64,000 bases of DNA from Octopus sinensis (Eukaryota): NCBI RefSeq assembly GCF_006345805.1, contig NC_042998.1, positions 111,042,001 through 111,106,000 on the forward strand, written 5' to 3'. Numbering within the stretch: position 1 is the first letter of the stretch; each line of letters begins with the position of its first letter. Below the pieces are notes generated by a model. That model saw only the letters and a program-made list of their open reading frames with translations. It ran no database searches and was not told the DNA's origin. A program made the position numbers and the translations under genes. Below are positions 27,035-39,533 of this stretch, piece after piece.

Positions 27035-27262
27035 ATCAAACATAAATTAAAAACAGAACACAAAGCATATCACGGTACACGTGTTTCAAGCTTTATAAAC
27101 AATATGTTATTACATCAGCAACACATACACAACACGTGTACCGCGATATACTTTGTGTTCTGTTTTTAATTCAGGTTTGATATATTTTCTCTTCTCTGCC
27201 ATCATCTGGCATATACAGGTGCTTACACTTATCAGGTATTCACTCTAAATTTACAGTACCTG

Positions 27263-27305
<43 letters not shown>

Positions 27306-27309
27306 TGTT

Positions 27310-27700
27310 ATCTCGTTCGTCTTAACAGCCCTTCTTGTTTGTGTTACTGTTATTCTCCTTGTCCTGTCTTTTACTGTTTATATTTTGTACTGTCGTTACT
27401 GTCCTGTTTTTGTTACCATTTTTACCCCTCCGCAAAAAAATCTCAAATTTCATTTAATTTCATTTTCGCGGGAAGGAAAGTTTCATTAAAGTCATGTATC
27501 GCCTTGACCATCGAAACGTGGAGTAGATGAAACAAAGACGACTGAAGAAGGGGAATTTTCCTTGTTTTGTATGTCCTGTACTCTATATTTTCGTTGTTCA
27601 AGAAAAATGTCCATTTCCTTGGTTTTGTGTTTATGTTTTCGTTTCTCATTGTGTTCGACGTTTTTTGGTGTGCTGTCCCCATATATGCATGTATATATAC
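27310..27700 (+). mobile_element. PLE-type pseudo-LTR repeat (family C); related copies at 30140-30530 and 32950-33260
   Basis: Shared motifs ACCCTCCGCAAAA...TCGAAACG(T/C)GGAGTAGAT...ACTGA(A/T)GAAGGG. Confidence 0.6.
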
Positions 27701-27768
27701 ATGTAGAGGTAGGTACGTATATATATGTATGTATATATGCATATGTTTTATTTATTTATTAATTTATC

Positions 27769-27858
<90 letters not shown>

Positions 27859-28289
27859 TTAAAATAACCGCCTTAAGGGGTGGAAAATATCCATTGAATT
27901 CCTGGATTGTTATCTATTATTTTATTGTGAATAATGATATTCCTAATAAAATAGGTTTAAGTATAGATTTTGGTATATAAACATCAAATCAAATCCAGAA
28001 AATGGAGAAGTAGCGTTAATTACTTTTATCAACTGCAAACATTCAACATGTTTACTTACAGCTGCCGCGACTTTGCCCAACAGAATTAAATTTCACTAAT
28101 TAAAACATTTTATTGAACAAAGTCTTGTCAGAGGAGTAAAAAAGATTTGTTTCGCCCGAAAAAATGCTTTAATTATTGGAATTTATTTAATTTGAGCAAA
28201 GTAGAAACAACTATATGTGAACAAGTTGAATTTTTGCAGTTAATAAATGTTATTAACGCTACCTTTCTGGATTTAAATTTGAGTATATC

Positions 28290-28376
<87 letters not shown>

Positions 28377-28399
28377 TTGTGTGTGTGCGTGTGTGTTAT

Positions 28400-29300
28400 A
28401 AGGATAAAAATAAACTGTCTTTTCTATAAAGTTATTCAATAAAGCCACCTTAAACTTCAACAACTGCTTCTATATGAGATCTATATCGTCTACATGCTCG
28501 AATCAAGTGGCCCTGGTTCATTTTGGACATTAATCTGACTATCGCAGCTTTCAAAGAATCTTTGTCCTCGTGGGCGTATTTATTGACCTCTCTCGCAACA
28601 ACGCTCCACATGTAATAGTCCAATGGATTACGATCTGGGGAATTAGGAGGCCAAAGGTTAGGGTTATGTGATCATGAAAATTTTCAGCCACACTTTCCTG
28701 TGTTACTAGAGCCATGTCTATAGAGGACTTAACAATTATTTCCAGGATCTCAAAGTAGGCAGAAGATTTAACCCTAAGGCCTAGTGGAAAGAAGTAAGGA
28801 GGTATCACCTGTCCTTCAATGCTGACAACCTCTAAAACCATGACAGTTGCAGGAAATTTTGTATGCATAACACTTGGAACTTCAGAAGGGTCTGCCCATA
28901 ACTATCTCTCATTTCTTCTGTTAACTTTTTGATCTTGGTCGAAATCTCTTGTTTGAGAAAAACGAAATCAAATCTTCTTCTACTGGACTTTTCGGTCAGT
29001 TTAAGAACCTTTTAGCTCGGATGTAGTGACAAATTTCCTCATCATATAAGACGTACGTGATGTCTTCATGGATAGCATTTCTGACTTCCTTCTGAAACAT
29101 GGAGAGAATCCAGCAAGTTGGAGAACGTCTTTAAAAAGATATGAATTCTTCCAGCTATACAGATCTTACAATGGGCCTTGAAATATTCTAAGTACTGATG
29201 TATGCATCAATCACAAAATTATGCAGAGGTCAAAATGCAAGAAGACAATATGGTTATCAACAATTTAAAAACTCGAATATAATAATAGAGCGTAAAGTAT
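28400..29300 (-). mobile_element. maT/DD37D-like transposase relic
   Basis: HTKFPATVMVLEVVSIEGQVIPPYFFPLGLRV...AYFEILE...ENFHDHIT; C-terminal EAVVE.GGFIE near 28440. Confidence 0.9.
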
Positions 29301-29770
29301 ACATGAAAGGAAAATTTACAATTCTACTCTAAGATGCATATTTTTTTAATTATTAGAGGTTTTTGTCAAAATATCAGTATGAACAATAGCCGGTAGTTTT
29401 AAGTGATAGCGAAAAGAATGCTATAGAGGACTTTTATAACCATTGAAGGAGATGACATTCCCTTTCTTTTGCAGCAGGAGGTAGAAATCATACCAGATGT
29501 CTTATAAGACATTAGGAAACTAAAATATAATAAATCACTTGGAGAAGTTAAAATAACTGCAAAACTTTAACAACTAGGACGTAAATATGTTCCTGAGGTT
29601 CTTAGTAAAAGTTGTAGTTGTGCCTTGCGAACTGCCGAATGATTTATAAGAGGCAAAAAAAGAAGAAAACAGTTGTTATTCCACTGCCAAATACGTGAAT
29701 CAGCAAATAGTGTGAAAGCCACAGTAGACTTAGTCAGGTATTGGAACAAATATTATAACTTATACGTATG

Positions 29771-29814
<44 letters not shown>

Positions 29815-30535
29815 ATATATATAATGATGATGATATTAAGGAGTATAGCTCCAAACATACAGGGGGAAATTCTATTTAGTATTAAATCAAATTTCACAGT
29901 ATAAATATATAAAATATGAATTAGAGATAAAACCACTATTATACAACTCAAACAGTAATATACATAAACCAATACATAAATAACAAATAATATAATTATA
30001 ATTAATATAATATATATATAATGACTATTTTTTATTTTAAAAAGTATAAAAGGAATGATAAATATAATATAATAAGTAAAATATTATATTATATTTATCA
30101 TTCTCTTTATACTTTTTGAAATAAAAAATAGTTATTATATATATACCTGTGCTTTTACCTGTCACTTCTCAAAGTTCGTTTTTCCAGCATTCACCACTCC
30201 ACAACGTCTTGGCTTAGCAGCCCTCAACGTTTGTTGTTACTGTTTATCACTGTCCTGCTTTTGTTACCACTTTAACCCTCCGCAAAATATCCCAATTTTT
30301 TTTTTATTATTTGCTTTGCAGGAAGGACTGTTTTAACGAAGTCGTGTCATGAACCTACCTTCGAAACGCGGAGTAGATAAAGCAAGGGACAACTGATGAA
30401 GGGAATGTTCTTTATGTTGCCTGTCTCGTTTCTCTGTTTGTGTGTTTTGTTTTCGTTTTTCAACAAAAAAGTTCGTTTTCAATGTTTTTGTTTTTTTGTT
30501 TCCGTTTCTCATTTTGTCTTCGTTTTATGCATATA

Positions 30536-30916
30536 CTAGCAGTATCGCCCGGCGTTGCTCAGGTTTGTAAGGGAAATAACTATAAAGCATTTTTAGAGAG
30601 TTATAGCCAAAAAATAGTAAAAAAATGGAAAAAAATTATGGTAAATTTTTTTGAGAGTTAAAAAAGGTGGAGTTGCGTCCCCTAGACGGTCTGTGGTTTG
30701 GGTTTCTGATTCTCGACCCCATGTCGAATTTATCGATTTTTTCAGAACTGGGGGAACTTTTCAAAATTTTCGCTGCGTTAGTTTTGAATTATGACATTGG
30801 GCTATGTGTGTGTCAAGTTTCATCAGAATCGGTTGAAAGCCGTGGTCAGATTGAGGGTACGAGAAAACAGACACACAGAAAACGCACAGACAAACTGCCG
30901 TTTATATAGAGAGAGA
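30536..30916 (-). mobile_element. Complete non-autonomous Helitron (381 bp)
   Basis: On the minus strand it starts A|TCTCTC at 30916 and ends with a GC hairpin (CCTGAGCAACGCCGGG), an 8 nt spacer and CTAG|T at 30536: canonical TC...CTAG ends in an AT target. Confidence 0.88.
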
Positions 30917-30998
30917 TTTATATATAATTTATATTATATTATATATATATACATATACATGTAGATACATACGCACACACACACACACACACGCATAG

Positions 30999-31070
<72 letters not shown>

Positions 31071-31859
31071 TATACATATACATATATAATGGAACAAAAA
31101 CGCAATAGAGGACAATAAAACAACCGGAAAGATAGACGACATAAAGGCAAAAAGGAAAAACAACAATTAGAGGGACATGAAAAAACGGGCAGGTCATTCG
31201 TGGCCTTCTTTCGTCAGTCAAATTCCCAGATGTCCTTACTACTTCGGGCAGTTACACTTGAGAGTGTACGATCTGGTTGCTCTACAAAAAGTCTAAGCTA
31301 AGAGCATTCGATTTTTGGAAAGCCAGAGAATGTGTGCGACATTAATGGCAAAAAAAAAAACGGAGAACATGGTACACAATTACAGATACAAACAACAAGA
31401 ATATAACAACAGGTGTATTTCGACTGAGGACGACTCAAATTGAGCTGGCATGTATAAAATGAAATCTTAAAGGCAGGAACATAGGAGATGGACAGAACAG
31501 GTGTTGGTAATCAGTAATCAGGCCAAAAACGAAAGATCATGGCTGGCCGAATTCCGGTCACGTGGAAGGAGGAGAGAGGGGTAGGGGGCAGTGGGATTGA
31601 AGGATTAGAAAAATCAAAGAGACAAAGAGAAAGGTACAGAGGAGATAAACTAGGTGAAACAGTGGGAATTAAAGAGAGGGACGAAAAATATGGTAGACGA
31701 GAAGCGAAAAGAAGAAAGGAGGAAGAAAGTATGAGGGGGACTATAAGACAGAGTAAAAGAATCGTACAAAATTTAGATACATACTCAGTATAAGATGAAC
31801 AGAGGTATACGTGCGCCGCTATATGTATATACGACTACATATATATTTATATATATATA

Positions 31860-31990
31860 TGGAGAGAATTCACAAAAAAGACGAAGATAGATGGTGTACA
31901 AAACAAACAGATGTATTAGTATAACACTCAGGAAGGGAAAACGTCTTCAACGTTTCAAGCCTACGCTCTTCCACAGAAAGAAACAAGGAG
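31860..31990 (-). mobile_element. PLE pseudo-LTR family A with hammerhead-like motif (31944-31981, core CUGUGGA)
   Basis: Reverse complement TCTTT-CTGTGGA-A-GAGC-GTAG-GCTT-GAAA-CG-TT-GAAGA. Confidence 0.7.
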
Positions 31991-33282
31991 AGAAAACAGT
32001 AGTGGCTAGCGATCTATACATATATACATGTATGTGTGTGCTCGCGCGCGTGTGAGAGGATGTATTACGGCAATATTAACGAACGGGAAGAAGAGTACTT
32101 GCTATTGGACATATATTTTCATGATAAGTTAAAATTCATATCAATAACTGAGATATGTCAATAAAAATTTTCTACGCTTTTCTCTAGAGGGTGGACTCCG
32201 ATTGAAATCTAGATGACGGGCAGACATTATTTTGATTTGTGCAGTATAAATTTCGCATATACTATTTTGAAGAGCTGTTTTAGAAATTATTTGAAAATAA
32301 AATTCAAATACAAGAAATGATTTTGTGACAGAAGGCGACAGTGATTGACTGAAACAAAAATTGTGACTTATGGTTGTGGAAAGTAGAATTGTAAATTTAT
32401 TTTAAATATACAAGAGTGAACCTGTGATTGTTCAAAAGAACTGCTGGTATCATACATAAAGGATATGGAACTTGAATTCTGCGGAAGGACGAAAGGATTA
32501 TTAAAGGTTGTAAAGTATTTCCACAGAGCTAATTATAGGTCCACAAGACATTAAGCTATCTTTTTAATCTATGTATTATTTTACAAGGAGATTTCTTTAA
32601 ACTTTAACGGCACAAAATCAACAAGTCGCCATTTTGTTTCTGTAGAATTTGGTGAATTATAGTAAGTTACACTTCATATAATTATTGCATTGTAAATTCT
32701 AATTTGTAAATAAATGTGTACTTCTAATTCGATCTGTCAATCGGTTAGCGGTTATTCCAGTATAAGAGTGGTCGTTTTTCTCTCTTTCTCTCTCTTTTAT
32801 TCTTTTACCTCCTCTTCTTCCACTATTCTATCCTATTACTCTGTCAGTCTCTCTCCCTCACTCCTTCTCCTTTGCTCACCAGGCTCCCACGTTACCATCA
32901 GCCATCTTTCTTTCTTCTCCCAACTTGTGCTCCTTCTTTCTCTCTGTTGTAGCTGGATCAAGGAAGACGTGTTCTTGTCTGTCTCCTGTCCAAGCTTGAT
33001 TTTCGCCTTCTCCACCACAACATCGTTTAAGATAAAATCCCAAATTTTATTTAATTTGCTTTACGGGAGCAACTCTTTTCTCGAAAGCGTATATTGTTGT
33101 TAAATACTCGAAATATGAGAGTAGAAAAACAGCCAACAACTGATGAATGGTCGTTCTTTATGTTGCCTCTCTTGTTTTGCCTTTGTGTCTTTCGCTGTTT
33201 GGAAAAATAGTTCATACTCCATGTACTCGTACTTCCTATTCTTCTGTTGTTCATTTCATGACATCCTGTGCCCACACACACT

Positions 33283-33316
<34 letters not shown>

Positions 33317-33418
33317 TATATACGTATAGATGTATGTACATATACGTATCTATATATGCATATATATATTATTTATATTATTATATGAAGAAACGGCATG
33401 CATCCTCTTCCAAGTAAG

Positions 33419-33458
<40 letters not shown>

Positions 33459-34405
33459 TGTGTGTATGTGTATGTGTGCGTGATGTTAATTTTCAGCGCA
33501 CATATTAGTCAAACAAATTCATACACAAAACCGCCATAAGTAACTGAACGATAAAGAACAAAAACAAGACTGTTGCCTTTTCTGAGTGTATTCATGTTTC
33601 CTGACAAATATTGGCTAAAGAAAGTAAGCATGATCTGACTTCCTGTCATATAGACTATCACATTCGAATAACAGAAATTGCAATACGATTTTCGTATTGA
33701 TGTGATACATTACTCTAAAACAATATTTGTTAAAGAATTGCTAGTGTAAAACAGCTGTATTTCGTTTCAAAATTCTCCAGCTGGAATGCAATTTTTCCGA
33801 ACACGCAATTTGTTAAGTGAATGGAGATCAACTACAAAATATCCGTCACCGTATGCCTATTACACTTTTGCTACAATTCTCTATTCTTCAAACTTATAAA
33901 ACTAATCAATATGGCTAGACCACAGACAAATTAGTCATAGTATATTGTGAAATCCCACTTCATAGCAGTATTACCATTCAGTCTCACCAAGTATGAAATA
34001 ACTTGGAAGATTCAAACTTGCGGCTAACAAGTCTATGGTTTTGTAATTCAGAGCTTCATCAAATTATTTGTAGGAAGAACTGTGACGTTAACTACAAGTG
34101 GAAGACAAGTAGCGAATATTCATTTTGAAGTGATATCAATTGTCACTTTCGTATTTGCAGTAAGAAATTGAATAAGTAAGTCAATGACTTACCAAAGAAA
34201 TGAAAATGAAAAATAGCTACTACGACACACACACACACACACACACATATACGTGCGCGTGCGCATCCACGCTAATACACAATAACACGCGTACACAGAC
34301 ATACCTATCTGTATGTGTATATATGTATATTTATATACACACATGTGTGTGTATACATATATATGCATGAATATACTAACAACCACAAGTCTATACAAAT
34401 ATTTG

Positions 34406-34470
<65 letters not shown>

Positions 34471-34474
34471 TGTG

Positions 34475-34505
<31 letters not shown>

Positions 34506-34587
34506 ATAATTTTTAACTTTTTACTTGTTTCAGTCATTAGACTGCGGCCACACATCTCCATGTGCATATATACATACATCTGTGTGT

Positions 34588-34855
34588 GAAGGCACGGTGC
34601 TTAGTATTGAGGTTGTTCGGTTCACGATTGTAATGTTGTGGGTTCGATTACCGGCGGCGCGTTGTGTCTTTGTGCAAGACATTTCATTTCACTTTGCTCC
34701 AGTTCACTCGGCTTGAAAAAATGAGTAATACCTGTGTTTCAAAGGGTCGGCCTTATCGTATTTTGTGTCATGCTGAATGTCCCTGAGAAGTACTTCGACG
34801 GGTCGCGGTGTTCCGTTAATTGGATCAACTGGAACACTCGTCATCGTAACTCACT
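34588..34855 (+). mobile_element. tRNA-derived SINE (family 2)
   Basis: A-box/B-box head (GGTTCGATTACC) and body similar to 51515-51815. Confidence 0.8.
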
Positions 34856-37047
34856 GAACAAACCGGTGAACAAGGAGGGGAACTAGAACCAAATACACCT
34901 TTTTAAAAGCGTTATTTTGTGTTTAGTGTTAGAATGATTATAAGTATAATTGTCGTACAATGAATTCTTGTCCCTTGAATCACATTTGTAACTTTCTACC
35001 AAATAAGATTTATAGATAGGTGTGAGCGCGCGCAGAGTGTGTGTTTATCTGTTTATTGCAAATATTATATTTTCCCTGATGACTTGGTCCTTAGTAAAGA
35101 TATCAGAGCGTAAGTTCAAATCGTTCGAGGGCTACTAAGTGTTTTCTATATTGAGATTCTCTTCTCAAGCTCATTTTTAAATACTTTTACTTGTTCCAGT
35201 CATTTGACTGCGGCTGGTTCTATGTATTTGTGCATATATATATATATATATGGAGTGGGGCTACACATACACACACTCCTCTCGCAGTCAAAATTTCTCT
35301 GCTTCCCATGCGTCTTCATGAATGACAATAATATTTGTACTTGAAGTTTATTTATTCGACTAATAACCACAAGTCAATATCAGTGAGGTTATACTTTGTC
35401 ATTGTGGAAACAGATGTGTATAGTACAAACGTCTAATTCTCAAGAGAACGAACAAATGGTTATAGTTTACCTCATTTGATCAAAACATCTGCTCAGTTTA
35501 GGGCTCCTCTGGGCTAATTAACACAACCATATCATTTTCATTACCACCACCGTCATAAATGCAGCAACATAGACCTTCGGTATTACAACCATCACCACCA
35601 GTTTATTAGGCATAACTAAGGCCACCCTCACAACTATATCCACTATCACCATCAGCACCATCTTCATAAAGATAAGTAAATATATCAATCGCCACCGCAT
35701 CACTACAACCATTACTACCACTGCATCATCTACTATCGCCAGCACATCCACCACCATCAGTCTAAGTTATACCCAAGAAAACTACCACAACCACTACCTA
35801 CACGTCTGATATCACTTGTACTGAATATGACCTTCTCCACGTAATATACTGAGGAGATACTATATATCATCTGCTAAGTTCGATGGGGTGTGTATGAAGA
35901 ATTAATGATGTTACTATACACATTCTGTCACGATTATGGCAAAATTTATATTAACTTTACTCCATAAGTTTCTTTATTTCCGTTTTCGATTCCATATAAT
36001 ATTCTGACATTTCCTCAACTCCCTCGCTCCTCTCTCTTCTATCTCTCTCCCTCCCTCCCTCTCTTACTCTCTCACTAACTCTCGTGCTATCTCTTTTTCT
36101 TCTTTTTCTTTGTATTATTTTACACACATTCTATAAAAGACTCACGCACAAACACTCACCCACATTCACGCATATATACATGTGTGTTTGTGTGTGTATG
36201 TGTGTGTGTGTGTGTTGCCATATGCATATATATAATGTATGTTCGTGGATATGACGTTAACGTAAAAGTGGAGCGCTTATTTTTTGTTTTCATCTTTGTT
36301 GTTATTACTGTTTTTTTTCTTCTTTTTTGTTATTTTTCTCTATATTCTAATACATTCTTTGCGTATTGGCCGTTGGGAAAAGCTATTATGACTTCCAGTA
36401 AGATATCGTCTTTCAAAAATGACATGTGATTCCAACCATAACACCATGATAACACATTTTAAAACCGAACATTGCAAAGATATTGCTGCGTCTATGTGTC
36501 ATTCTACCTTCCAGATATTGGTATCTTCAGAAGTTCTTAACTGACACCTTGAATATATTTATACACTCACAATAATGCGGGCAGCTATCTGTGGTTAAGC
36601 GTGCTTGTGTGCATGTATTTATGAATCTATAAACTCGTATATACATATGTACAAATATATTGCGTGCAAATGCGTATCATGTCAATGCAAGCATATATAT
36701 ATATATATATATATACATACATATATCAAGAGTTTGTATGTGTATGTAATGTGACTATAATCAGCCTGGAATTACTTGAGCAAGTTACCTACTCCGTATC
36801 CTCTACTCCTTCTATCACCAATAAAGCATGCAATGCATATGGCGACTCTTCCTTTCATTCAATTTATCACATATTCATTTTCTATTTGGAAATATTATCA
36901 GAGCTATTTTACAGCGATTTATATTTTTATGGCAATGCATTTTATAGCAATGCACGCAGAAATAATGCACACACACACACACACACAGAGAACATAAACA
37001 TGCATATATATGCTAGACATTTATATGCATACATATGAATACCTATA

Positions 37048-37103
<56 letters not shown>

Positions 37104-37558
37104 TGTGTGCGTATGTGTGTGAATGTTGCTTTACATTTCTGCGATTGAATGAACTGTGCCAACAATTCCTGTTTAGTCTATCCTAAAGAGAACACTGTTA
37201 CCCGAAAACATTTGTGATGGACCTTGATACAAGTATTCATATCAACAAGAAAGCAAGCAAACATTCCTGTACCAATGACATAAAATAACGTTCTAGCTGG
37301 ATAAACTATTAGCAGGGCAACCAAAGAAATTAGATCATATGACTTATCCAGTCTATCTACATTTAAATTTTATTAAAAAATAACTTCTTTGAAATATATA
37401 ACACAAACAGAATATTATTTCCTTAAACAAACGTGTAGTCTCAGAGTTTTTCGAACATTAGATATTATACAGTTCTATATTTAAGAGTTGAGGAATTATG
37501 TGCCTTATTTGCATTATTTACAATTGACGGATAGTTGTTCTCATCTTGTTTGTTGTTA

Positions 37559-37602
37559 ACACAACGTTTCGGCTGATATATACTCCAGCCTTCATCAGGT
37601 GT
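37559..37602 (-). ncRNA. Minimal type I hammerhead ribozyme (PLE type)
   Basis: Reverse complement ACAC-CTGATGA-A-GGCTG-loop-CAGCC-GAAA-CG-TT-GTGT: intact core, stems I and II paired, palindromic AACGTT. Confidence 0.75.
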
Positions 37603-37651
37603 ATTGGGGGAAATTTCGAACCTGGGTTCTCATGCTAAAGGTATTTTTCAA

Positions 37652-37653
<2 letters not shown>

Positions 37654-37718
<65 letters not shown>

Positions 37719-37720
37719 TT
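37654..37720. repeat. (ATT)n microsatellite inside the PLE module
   Basis: Directly visible; creates the poly-Ile stretch in ORF 37599-38096. Confidence 0.97.
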
Positions 37721-38125
37721 AATTTTTATTATTATTCGCAAATATCTCCTTCAGGTAAAACCACCAATAGAAGAGAATATGACCAAAAACTGCGTGTACT
37801 CCATTCCATGCAGCTGTCGTAGGTTATACGAAGGCGAAACATGCCGCCCCCTCAAAATAAGGGTAGAGGAACATCGCAAAGCTGTAACACGAGGAGATAT
37901 TGATAAATCGAGTATAATTGATCATGTATGGAAAAATGGAGACCACCTCCCTCTGGAACACCACTGGAAAATACAAAAACTAAAAGAAGCAGCACATATG
38001 CTAAGACGCAACAACCTCTTAAGCAAACCGAGTGCAGATATGAATAACATATGGGAACCGGTATCAAGGGAGGATAGGAAAATATTAGATTTATAAGCCC
38101 TAAAAATTCACTCCGTAATGGCCCA

Positions 38126-38198
38126 GGGGCACATGGCGTAGTGGTTAAGAGCGCGGGCTACTAACCCCAAGATTCGAGTTCGATTCCAGACAGTAACC
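38126..38198 (+). promoter_or_regulatory. tRNA-derived Pol III internal promoter (A box TGGCGTAGTGG, B box GAGTTCGATTCC); not a functional tRNA
   Basis: Consensus A and B boxes at tRNA-like spacing; acceptor stem is not closed and there is no proper cloverleaf. Confidence 0.75.
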
Positions 38199-39533
38199 TG
38201 AATACTAATAACATCGAAAAATACCTTAGGAATCCAGGTTCCACACTTCTCCAAGTCACCTGATGATGGCTGGTTGGTATATCAGCCGAAAGCTGTGTTA
38301 ACAACAAACAAGATGAGGACAAATAGCCGTCAATTGTAAATAATGAATTAAATATTATTATACTGTTTTTATTGTTACATTGAAGAAATTACATTCTCCG
38401 GTATTAAATATCTATTGAAATACAATACTAATGGTTACAGTGGAATGAGTGTTTTGCAATAAAGTATTTAGTTCGAATATTTAGTTAATATTTAACATGC
38501 TAAAGCAAATTTCACATATTTCAGCTTCATCAGAAATTATTATATATTCGGTTTCGATTCTCAGATTAGATAGATGATTTTTTTAAAAATTAAACTAAAA
38601 CGATATATAATCAAAACTACTCTTCAAATGATAGCGGAATAATAACGCCAAGCTTCAAAATTATTATAATATATGCATGGAATCATTACTAAATACCATT
38701 GATAACGTACCTAATTCAATAAGGAAAGTTTTATTAATATTTAAAAGCTTTGAAGTTATTTAATTTTGAATCTTTAACAGTTATGACTGAAGAAAGATTT
38801 ATTGCGTTCATCAATCATTGTATGTCAATAAATTTTTTTATGTAAGCAGGTTTTATTTTCCATAGCTTGGAATCGTTGAAAATAGTAAGTGCATACATAA
38901 ATTTTAAAAATCCAATGTTTACATTATAGGTAAAACCCCATATACGTTTATATATTATTTAAGGAAAGTAAATGGATAACTCACACTCTATAATAACGAC
39001 TCGTTCTTGATAAAAAATTTATATAATAAAAAGTATTACTACACATATTTTCTAGTCTATTGTAGTTATGTCTGATATTCTATAACACTAATAAAATGGA
39101 ATTAAATAAGCATAAACTTATCAAATTACAATCGATGAAAGCAACCCCTTATACTGCATGTAACAGTTAACTTTCCACAAAATAAGCAACCCTCGAGAAA
39201 TATAAATATTTTCAGACTTTTCCATATTGTTTTACCAAAAGCTTTACATTTACTGTATGTTATGTCTACTTAAACAATCCAAGTGGATTCAGACTTAACG
39301 AAAACATTCAGATAACATACGCGTTAATTGGATATACATGTGTGCGTGCGTGCGTTTGTGTGCATACATGTAAACACACGCACATATAAATATATATAAC
39401 ACACGTTCATATACATGTCTATCTCTACATACACACACGCACACACGTTTATATATTTGTGTTGCAAGAATCCTGATGTGAAATCGTGCGCTGAAACAGA
39501 TATTGCTGTATTTCTGATGCTCATTTTTTTCCC

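Larger units (their letters stand above)
37512..38345 (+). mobile_element. Penelope-like module: inverted arm, (ATT)n, GIY-YIG (37740-38096), tRNA-like head, arm with hammerhead-like motif
   Basis: CVYSIPCSCRRLYEGETCRPLKIRVEEHRKAV...KLKEAAHM; arms 37512-37660 and 38205-38345 are reverse complements. Confidence 0.92.

Noticed and set aside
35520-35830. Mucin-like Thr/His-rich exon
   Set aside because: Decayed (ACC/CAT)n microsatellite with stops and no splice sites.
38126-38198. Functional tRNA gene
   Set aside because: A and B boxes are present but there is no closed acceptor stem or proper cloverleaf; it is a retroposon-associated head.
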